Source of the DNA: an uncultured Acidobacteriota bacterium
GTDB taxonomy: Bacteria > Acidobacteriota > Vicinamibacteria > Vicinamibacterales > CAVVIG01
DNA length: 64,000 nucleotides
Direction of reading: 5' to 3'
Assembly: GCA_963773035.1 (NCBI GenBank)
Contig: CAVYZX010000038.1
Span: forward strand, 320,234 to 384,233
The position numbers were made by a program, and so were the translations under genes. Shown piece by piece: positions 47,392-54,347 of the stretch. The notes beneath the pieces are model-generated. The model saw only the letters and a program-made list of their open reading frames with translations. It was not told the DNA's origin and did not search any database. Position 1 is the stretch's first letter. Each line of letters opens with the position of its first letter.

Positions 47392-48485
47392 ACAAATACA
47401 CATTCCGCACACTGATCCTGACCCTGCTTGCCGCTGCCTCGATCTGGGCCTGCAGCGCCGCCGATGCGGCGGATCCGTCGCAGTCGGCTCTTCCCGCCAG
47501 GTCGTTCAGACGACCAGTCATCTGCTACGTCGAGACGCTGTTCGGCGGAGCCACGGCAGCCGATCTCGATTTCCGTCCGTGCACGCACGTCGTCGAGGCT
47601 TTTGTCGTCGTGGATCCGTCGGGCGCCGTCAGGCCAGTCAACGGGCTGCCTCGACGCGACATCATCTCGGCCGCCCGGAGCGTTGGGGCTCGCGTGCTCG
47701 TCTCGGTTGGTGGGGCGACAGTGCCAGGCTCTACGTTCTCGGCCATCGCCAGCGATCAGACACGTCTCGAGAGTTTTGCGAACGCACTCGCCGATTTCGT
47801 CGCGCAGTCGGGCTACGACGGTGTCGATCTCGACTGGGAATTCCCGTCGCCTCTCGAATCGAGGCAACACCTTACATTGGTCCGCGCCGTGAGGTCGGCA
47901 TTGTTTTCGCGAGCTGGTGTGCAACCGGCTCAGCCGCGGCGGCGTCGCAGTCCGGCCGACACGCCCGCGCCGACGATCACGGTTCCCGTCGCCGCGTACT
48001 GGATTCCGAGCTACAACCTGGCGGCCCTTCACGATGAAGTGGATTACGTCATTCTGATGGGATACGACTTTCGGAATCCGGCGCTGGGTCCGTGGATGAA
48101 CGACGCGAAGCTCTGGCCGGTCAATGCGGTCACGCCAATCGAGGGGTCGGTACGTGGCGCGGCCTCCGAAATGATTCGAAGCGGCCTTGGGCACGACAAG
48201 CTGGTGATCGCCCTTCCGTTCTATTCCAGCGCGTGGGAGCCCTGGGTAGACGTTCGCGCGCGCGCCTCCTCTGCGGGCCCGCTGCACCCGCTATTCCTGG
48301 AAAAGCTGCTCGGCGACGTATGGATCACAGATCCTGAGGCGCTCGAGAAGAAGATCACGGCGGCTGTATTCGGCTCGCAGATCAATGGCGGAAATGCGGC
48401 AGGCATCGGGGTGTGGCAACTGGGACACCAAGGCAAGTTCCGGGACCTGAGCGACGCGATTCTTCGCGTGATGGCCAGACCTTGA
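47388..48485 (+). CDS. secreted GH18 glycoside hydrolase (chitinase-like)
   Basis: ATG 47388 overlaps the GT2 stop (ATGA). Signal peptide MNKYTFRTLILTLLAAASIWAC. Intact catalytic motif YDGVDLDWEFP (DxxDxDxE). Confidence 0.85.
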   Translation: MNKYTFRTLILTLLAAASIWACSAADAADPSQSALPARSFRRPVICYVETLFGGATAADLDFRPCTHVVEAFVVVDPSGAVRPVNGLPRRDIISAARSVGARVLVSVGGATVPGSTFSAIASDQTRLESFANALADFVAQSGYDGVDLDWEFPSPLESRQHLTLVRAVRSALFSRAGVQPAQPRRRRSPADTPAPTITVPVAAYWIPSYNLAALHDEVDYVILMGYDFRNPALGPWMNDAKLWPVNAVTPIEGSVRGAASEMIRSGLGHDKLVIALPFYSSAWEPWVDVRARASSAGPLHPLFLEKLLGDVWITDPEALEKKITAAVFGSQINGGNAAGIGVWQLGHQGKFRDLSDAILRVMARP

Positions 48486-48508
48486 ACGTGAGCGGGACTA
48501 CACCGAAT

Positions 48509-48919
48509 CTACGCAGGGCGATCGGCCATTTCGAGGATGCGTTTCCATTCGGCATCGGATACAGGCATCACCGACAACCGTGAGATTCTGACGAGCGGGA
48601 AATCCTTGAAGGCCGAATCGGCCTTGATCTCCGCCAGCCTCACTGGTCGCGGCAGCTTCTTCGCCGGTGCGACGTCGACGACGGATTGTTTACCACTCTT
48701 GTCGCTCGGATCCGCGTACGCGTTGCCGAGCGCGGTGGCAATTCCCACGACCGACTTTTCGTCACCCGTGTGATAGTAGAAGATCCGATCGCCCTTCTTC
48801 ACCGATCGGAGATGTTTCTGGGCCAGGGGATTCTTCACGCCGCTCCAGACAGCCTTTTTGTCTTTGACGAGCTCGTCGTAGCCGTAGTGCGTCGGTTCTT
48901 CTTTGAACAGCCAATTCAT
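48509..48919 (-). CDS. EVE (PUA-like) domain protein
   Basis: 136 aa. MNWLFKEEPTHYGYDELVKDKKAVWSGVKNPLAQKHLRSVKKGDRIFYYHTG is typical of EVE domains. Confidence 0.85.
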   Translation of the reverse strand: MNWLFKEEPTHYGYDELVKDKKAVWSGVKNPLAQKHLRSVKKGDRIFYYHTGDEKSVVGIATALGNAYADPSDKSGKQSVVDVAPAKKLPRPVRLAEIKADSAFKDFPLVRISRLSVMPVSDAEWKRILEMADRPA

Positions 48920-48943
48920 AAAGTAAATTGTAGTTTGTAAATT

Positions 48944-49630
48944 GTGAATTCGGGACTACGTGATCGCATTGGGCGCGGCGTTCGTGTCTTGCTCGTCGGT
49001 ATCAATCCTGGCGTCCGCTCAGCAGCGATCGGTCACCATTTCGCCGGCTACTCGAACCGCTTCTGGAAGCTGTTGTACGACGCGTCCCTCGTACCCGAAC
49101 CGATCGGCACCGAGGACGATTACCGGCTGCCCGAGTGGGGGTTCGGCATCACCAACCTCATTTCGCGTCCGACTCCAGGTATCGATACGTTGAGGTTCGA
49201 AGAATATGAGGCGGGCCTTCGAGTGTTACGCCGCAAGGTTCGACGATGGAAGCCGAAGATCGTGGCTTTTGTGGGTGTCACTCTATTTCGATTCGTCGCT
49301 GTGCGGCCGGCTTCGGCCCGGGTCGGAGTTGGGCTTCAGGTTGAGCGTTTCGAAGGCGCTCGCGTGTTCGTGCTACCGAACCCCAGTGGCCGCAACGCGA
49401 ACTTCTCGTACGCGGAGATGCTCGCCGCGTATCGATCCCTTGCGACTTTCCTGCACGATGCAACGCATCAGAACGCACCACACCGCGATCAGCCCCCACG
49501 AATGCAAAGAGTAGATAGTGACCGCGGTCCACGGCGTGAACGCCGCTCGACCCATCAACAGAGGCACCGGCCAGACGAACGCCAGCCAGGGAATAAGAAC
49601 GCTCGGCGTTCGAAGCGCCACCGCGGTTAG
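48944..49630 (+). CDS. mug: G/U mismatch-specific uracil-DNA glycosylase (Mug family) with an aberrant C-terminal tail
   Basis: Blocks LLVGINPG, GHHFAGYSNRFW, GITNL and LPNPSGRN. The last 55 or so codons (from HDATHQ...) are Arg-rich and overlap the convergent gene. Confidence 0.8.
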   Translation: MNSGLRDRIGRGVRVLLVGINPGVRSAAIGHHFAGYSNRFWKLLYDASLVPEPIGTEDDYRLPEWGFGITNLISRPTPGIDTLRFEEYEAGLRVLRRKVRRWKPKIVAFVGVTLFRFVAVRPASARVGVGLQVERFEGARVFVLPNPSGRNANFSYAEMLAAYRSLATFLHDATHQNAPHRDQPPRMQRVDSDRGPRRERRSTHQQRHRPDERQPGNKNARRSKRHRG

Positions 49631-50554
49631 AGATCCGGCAAGCAAGGGAAGGTAGTAGAGCCAGCCGAGCGGGTTGACGAGTAACGAAAGCACACCGCAG
49701 GCGAGCCACTCGGTGTCCACATCGTCGACCTTGCGGATCACGACGATCGTCGCCACCACGAAAAACAGCGTCAACGGCAGCCAGGCGTGCCATCCGATAT
49801 CGGCACGGGCGAGCAACCCGGCGATCGACGCGTTGAGCGGATGTTCGAACCACGAAACCTGGCGGCCGACTTCGATCCAGCGCGAGAAACTGTGGGCGCC
49901 TGCCACGGCCACGCCGACGGCCACAGACATTAGAGCCGCGACGATAGACCAGAAGATCGTCGTCCACTGACGACGGAGCAGCGCGACCAGAAGGAAGCAG
50001 CCCATGAAAGGTTTGAGGCTCACCAAGACGCCGAGAAGAGATCCGGCGAGCTCCCGGTTGTCCCGGCGTTGTGCCGACCACGCGATGGTGCACAGCAACG
50101 CGAAGATACCGAGGGGTTGCCCCTCTTCGAAGCCGAACACGATGCCTGTGCTGACGCCGGTGATGGCGATGGCGGCCATGAACGCCATGTTCGAGCGAGG
50201 CAGATCCAGCTCACGCCAGATGATGACCGCCGCGCCGATTGCCGCCGCGACGTTGATCGCGAGCCAAACTTTGACGGCTACATCCGGCGGGAACCACGTC
50301 AAAGGGGCAAAGGCGACGATGAACTGGGGAGGGTTCAGATTGGGAGCCACTCGCGCAGTTGCATACAGATCCCCACCGGTCCTCCATGCCATCCCGCTCT
50401 CGTAGAAGACTCGAAAGTCGATTCCCCAGGCCCGTGTCCCTGCGTTTCTGAGCGCGCTGACAATGAGGCCCAAACCCAGGCCTGCGGCAGCGCCGAATGC
50501 CCAGAAACGGATCCTGGATCGATCGAGAAAGGCGGGTCGCGGGTCGGCGCTCAT
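49373..50554 (-). CDS. polytopic membrane glycosyltransferase (DUF2029/GT87-like)
   Basis: ATG 50554 overlaps the upstream stop (ATGA). Block WGIDFRVFYESGMAWRTGGDLY, followed by about 10 TM helices. Confidence 0.7.
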   Translation of the reverse strand: MSADPRPAFLDRSRIRFWAFGAAAGLGLGLIVSALRNAGTRAWGIDFRVFYESGMAWRTGGDLYATARVAPNLNPPQFIVAFAPLTWFPPDVAVKVWLAINVAAAIGAAVIIWRELDLPRSNMAFMAAIAITGVSTGIVFGFEEGQPLGIFALLCTIAWSAQRRDNRELAGSLLGVLVSLKPFMGCFLLVALLRRQWTTIFWSIVAALMSVAVGVAVAGAHSFSRWIEVGRQVSWFEHPLNASIAGLLARADIGWHAWLPLTLFFVVATIVVIRKVDDVDTEWLACGVLSLLVNPLGWLYYLPLLAGSLTAVALRTPSVLIPWLAFVWPVPLLMGRAAFTPWTAVTIYSLHSWGLIAVWCVLMRCIVQESRKGSIRGEHLRVREVRVAATGVR

Positions 50555-52086
50555 CGGCTGAACACCTGCCACGTCATGTCCGCGTACCGAGTGTGCCAGC
50601 CGTCACTCAACAGGCGATTGGCAAGGGGTGTTCCGGTCCTGGTCAACGCGCATTCAATCTGGTACTGCTCAAAGAGGGGCGCGTAGTCACCGGAGAGCTC
50701 CGCGTGAATGTGCGCGTCAATCAGCGAAGCCGGATACGGATCCAGTCGGCTATCCAGAAAGACCTTTCGTTCGGGAACGAACCAGATCAAGTACCCCCCA
50801 TCGTCATAGTTGTTGTAAAGCGGCCCGGGGCACGCACGCACGGCCGAGATGGCCTCGGAAGGGAACGGATGCCACTGCAGTCGCGGAATCTGGGAGGACC
50901 ATGCGTACGCGACCATGGCAACGGAGGCTACGCTCGCGGCGGTCAGCAAGCAGAAGTTGAACGTCGGCCGCTCACGACGTTCTGTAAGAGATCCACGCGA
51001 CGGAAAGCGCCAGTCGAGAAGCGATGCAAGCGCAGGAGCTGCAAGGAGCAGGAACACAGGAACATTCCTGGCTGAGCCGAGTGCAAATGGAAGAAGGGCC
51101 AGGGCACCCACGACCGCCGTGGCATGAACCGAGCCTCGCTCCACAGCGTTGATGGCGGTTCCGCGCACCTGTTGCGAAAGCCAACGCACACCGAGCACCG
51201 CGACAGCCATCGCGATCAGCCAGAAAGGAAGCAGAGGCAAGTCGCCAAGGCCCGGGGGTTTCCATTCGAGAACCTGGTGGTGACGCAGCCGTGCGAGCGT
51301 TGGCGGAATCTCGGTCCATAACGTCCATCCGAGCGGGGTCATCGTCGTGAGGACGACACACAAGCCAAGGACGACGAGACAGTCTGTCGGGATGCGGCGC
51401 GTCTCGAGGGTGATCTGGGCCGTCGCAGCGGTCATGAATACGATGCCGAGGACGACCCCTCCGTGGAGGTTGGCCCAGATCAGAAAGAGGAACGGAAGAC
51501 ATCGGTACAACCGCCGCTCGAGGAGGTAACAAGTACACGCGACGAGAACCAGAGTGAACAGTTGCGGGCGCAACGACCAAGCCATTGCGGAGGGAATTGC
51601 GGCGAGTGACACGACGACCAATTTCCGCGTCGGACTGCTTTTGACCAAATGCCAGACGATGAACCACGTTGTGAGGACTAGAACCGCGGAGGCGGCTGTC
51701 AACAGCGGCATGCCGCCGAGTTGGTGGAGCGCGTAGAAAAGAATCTCTGACAGCCATTCGCGATTCGGCCAATATCCGCCATTTACGGTGAACGAGAAGC
51801 TGTCGCTCAAGCGAACGGCGCCAGACTTCCAGATTTCCTCCCCGGTCCGAAGCAGCCACCACGTGTCGCTTTGCGCCGGCATCAGGCAGGCGGTGCAGCC
51901 GAGTGCGAGAAACAGAAGGGAAGCACTGAGACGATCGAAGGTGATCCAGTCGGCCCACGCGTGAAACCTGTTCAGGCTCGATTCTGCGGGACCGGTCCGC
52001 TCGACTTCTGCGCCGAACCGACCTACAGGAGGTGCAAATCTGTGAGCCGGGTTCCCGCGATCGACGAACGGCGTGGAAGGTCGCAC
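50551..52086 (-). CDS. polytopic membrane protein, GT-C-like (function tentative)
   Basis: 511 aa with about 12 TM helices and a C-terminal soluble domain (NNYDDGGYLIWFVPERKVFLDSRLDPYP). I cannot name a family with confidence. Confidence 0.6.
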   Translation of the reverse strand: MRPSTPFVDRGNPAHRFAPPVGRFGAEVERTGPAESSLNRFHAWADWITFDRLSASLLFLALGCTACLMPAQSDTWWLLRTGEEIWKSGAVRLSDSFSFTVNGGYWPNREWLSEILFYALHQLGGMPLLTAASAVLVLTTWFIVWHLVKSSPTRKLVVVSLAAIPSAMAWSLRPQLFTLVLVACTCYLLERRLYRCLPFLFLIWANLHGGVVLGIVFMTAATAQITLETRRIPTDCLVVLGLCVVLTTMTPLGWTLWTEIPPTLARLRHHQVLEWKPPGLGDLPLLPFWLIAMAVAVLGVRWLSQQVRGTAINAVERGSVHATAVVGALALLPFALGSARNVPVFLLLAAPALASLLDWRFPSRGSLTERRERPTFNFCLLTAASVASVAMVAYAWSSQIPRLQWHPFPSEAISAVRACPGPLYNNYDDGGYLIWFVPERKVFLDSRLDPYPASLIDAHIHAELSGDYAPLFEQYQIECALTRTGTPLANRLLSDGWHTRYADMTWQVFSR

Positions 52087-52266
52087 AACGCTTGCTGGCG
52101 CAACGTCGATGCCGTTGGAAGTTGGCAGGAGAGAACGGGCTAAGGACCCAGTGGCATGGAAGTTCGGGCGAGAACAATCGCTGTGTTCGTGCGTCAGGAG
52201 GTCGCGTCGATCCCCAGAGCGATCACAAGTTCGTCAGTTGAGGGACAAACTTGAGAAGGTCGGTAA

Positions 52267-53244
52267 CTATTGCTGCTGCTGTTGCTGTTGTTCTTGTTCG
52301 GGTGCGCTCTCGACTGACTTCACCTCGCGAGGCGCAGCCGTCGTTTCCTCCAGGTACTCCTTCCCGTCGTCGTCCAGCGCAGGTCGCAGCCCGACGTCGA
52401 CGAAGAGCTGCTGTCCGGCGTGTCCTTTATATACACCGCGGACCGGCGCCACGTCGCCGTAGTCGCGACCGTGCGCCACGCGAACGTGGCGAGCCCCGAC
52501 CGGTTCACCGAGCGTCGGGTCCAGTCCGATCCAGCCGAAGCCAGGCACCAGCATTTCCATCCATGCGTGCGACGCTTGCCCACCGATAACGTCTTCGGCG
52601 GATGGATCCTCACCGGCCGCGGAGAAAGGCACCAGGTAGCCGGACACGTAACGTCCTGGAATGCCCCGCATCCTGACGGCTGCCAACATCACGTGAGCGA
52701 AGTCCTGACACACTCCCGCTCCCGTTTCAATCGCATCGAGCACGGTCGACTGGACATGCGTCGCACCCTTTTCGTAGCGGAATCGATCGCGAATAGCCGA
52801 GGCAAGCTTCAGGCCGAATCCAACGAGAATCGAATCGCTGTCGAGTGCGGCCGCGTCGATGAGGCTCTGCAGGGCGGGCGGATGCGGAACGTAGGCCGTA
52901 GGCGCCAGAAAATCGAAGTGCTCGTCGAGATCCTCGTGCATGGAGTCGACGGCTTGCAGGCTGATGCTCTCGGTCGGAATGGCTGGCGGTCGATATACGT
53001 GGACGAGCGATTGCGTTTCGATCCGCAGAGCGCGATGTTCGCCGAGAACGTTGAACCCGTGCATCCAGTTTCCCCAGTGGTCTACATACGACGAGATGCG
53101 AGACGCTGGCTCCGTTTGCAGCTTGAACGACAAGCAGCTCTGAAATTCGTCGTCGCGAGGACGAAGCCGGACGGTGTTATAGCTCTCCGACACGGGTCCG
53201 TCGTAGCGGAACTCTGTGACGTGTACGAGGCGGTAACGGTTCAT
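52267..53244 (-). CDS. transglutaminase-family cysteine protease/ligase (Bact_transglu_N + transglutaminase core), poly-Gln tail
   Basis: N-terminus MNRYRLVHVTEFRYDGPVSESYN. The catalytic Cys context is GVCQDFAHVMLAAVRMRGIPGRYVSGY, with His/Asp blocks ASHAWMEM and GLDPT. It ends ...EQEQQQQQQQ. Confidence 0.9.
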   Translation of the reverse strand: MNRYRLVHVTEFRYDGPVSESYNTVRLRPRDDEFQSCLSFKLQTEPASRISSYVDHWGNWMHGFNVLGEHRALRIETQSLVHVYRPPAIPTESISLQAVDSMHEDLDEHFDFLAPTAYVPHPPALQSLIDAAALDSDSILVGFGLKLASAIRDRFRYEKGATHVQSTVLDAIETGAGVCQDFAHVMLAAVRMRGIPGRYVSGYLVPFSAAGEDPSAEDVIGGQASHAWMEMLVPGFGWIGLDPTLGEPVGARHVRVAHGRDYGDVAPVRGVYKGHAGQQLFVDVGLRPALDDDGKEYLEETTAAPREVKSVESAPEQEQQQQQQQ

Positions 53245-53248
53245 AGGG

Positions 53249-53396
53249 CAGCTATCAGCTCTCAGCGTTCAGTTCTCAGCCATTGAAACTTTCACCTAAG
53301 AGTCGTTCACGGATGCGGTCCACTGATAGCCGACGACTGATAGCCGACAGCCGACAGCCGATAGCTGACAGCCGATAGCTGACAGCCGATAGCCGT
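53249..53396. repeat. two blocks of 7-nt periodic repeats in an intra-operon spacer
   Basis: 53323-53394 reads gccgacg actgata gccgaca gccgaca gccgata gctgaca gccgata gctgaca gccgata. 53249-53281 (cagctatcagctctcagcgttcagttctcagcc) is related to its reverse complement. Confidence 0.8.
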
Positions 53397-54347
53397 TTAA
53401 GCAACTGCATAGTAGAAGTATTTGCGCGCGATGTGTTCGCCGATCGCACGGCAGGTCCGCTGCAGGTTTCGCAGGAAGTCGTGGAGTCCGCGGTCGAAAA
53501 TGTCCTCCATCCGGTCGTAGAGCAGCGTTTCGTGGAGCTTTCCGGTCAGGCGTTCGGCCTCGGTTGCGTATGTACCAGGCGTCGCCCGGCTGATGGCCTG
53601 TAAGGATGCCTGCAGCTCTCCGATGTTGAATCGAATCGAGCGCGGGTGGCGTGGGTGCAGAACGAGCAGCTCGGCGACTTTTTGCGGATCGATGCTCGAG
53701 TGGAACTCGCGGCGGTACACCTCGTACGCCGCAACCGATTTCAGAACCGCCATCCACTGGTGGTTGTCCGATTCGTGCGCCAGTCGACCCTCGAGCAGCG
53801 TGTGGTACTCGACGTCCACGATCCGAGCTGTTTTTTCGGCGCGCTCGAGGGCCCGGCCGGCTCGGAGAAACTGCCACCCTTCGTCGTGCGGCAACGTGTC
53901 GTCGGCGACGCCGCGGAACTGGTGGCTCGAGAACTTCACCTCGGTGCAGAAACGATGCGGGCCGGCGAGGATCTCCGACGCGGCGCGGAATCCGCGGAGG
54001 CGGTGGTAGAAGCTGTTGATGTCTTCCCAGAGCTCGCGCGAAATGCGTTCCCGAATGGTTCTGGCATTCTCTCGCACCCGGGTAACGCAACCCACGATCG
54101 AATTGGGGTTGTCTTCACGAAATCCGAGGAATTCGAATACGGTCTGCGGCGTCGCTTCGCTGTAACACTGAAAGAATCTGTCGTACTCGCCGCTGATGCT
54201 GATCATCGAGTCCCAGCGCAATAGATAAGTCTGCTGCGACTGCTCGAGCAGCGTGTGGAAGTGGACGTCGAGCAGGCGGGCCGTATCCTCAGCTCGCTCC
54301 ATGTAGCGGCCCATCCAGAAGAGCGATTCTGCGAGGCGCGACAGCAT
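53397..54347 (-). CDS. alpha-E domain protein
   Basis: ATG 54347 shares one base with the upstream stop (TGATG). MLSRLAESLFWMGRYMERAEDTARLLDV is the canonical alpha-E start, and a second block FLRAGRALERAEKTARIVDV is present. Confidence 0.9.
   Translation of the reverse strand: MLSRLAESLFWMGRYMERAEDTARLLDVHFHTLLEQSQQTYLLRWDSMISISGEYDRFFQCYSEATPQTVFEFLGFREDNPNSIVGCVTRVRENARTIRERISRELWEDINSFYHRLRGFRAASEILAGPHRFCTEVKFSSHQFRGVADDTLPHDEGWQFLRAGRALERAEKTARIVDVEYHTLLEGRLAHESDNHQWMAVLKSVAAYEVYRREFHSSIDPQKVAELLVLHPRHPRSIRFNIGELQASLQAISRATPGTYATEAERLTGKLHETLLYDRMEDIFDRGLHDFLRNLQRTCRAIGEHIARKYFYYAVA

Noticed and set aside
52073-52462. 129-aa plus-strand ORF containing NYCCCCCCSCSG
   Set aside because: The poly-Cys run is the antisense reading of the CAG/CAA poly-Gln tract of the transglutaminase gene, and the rest is antisense to that gene.
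53249-53396. Possible CRISPR array
   Set aside because: The units are only 7 nt with no unique spacers, there are no cas genes in the window, and the array lies inside an operon spacer.
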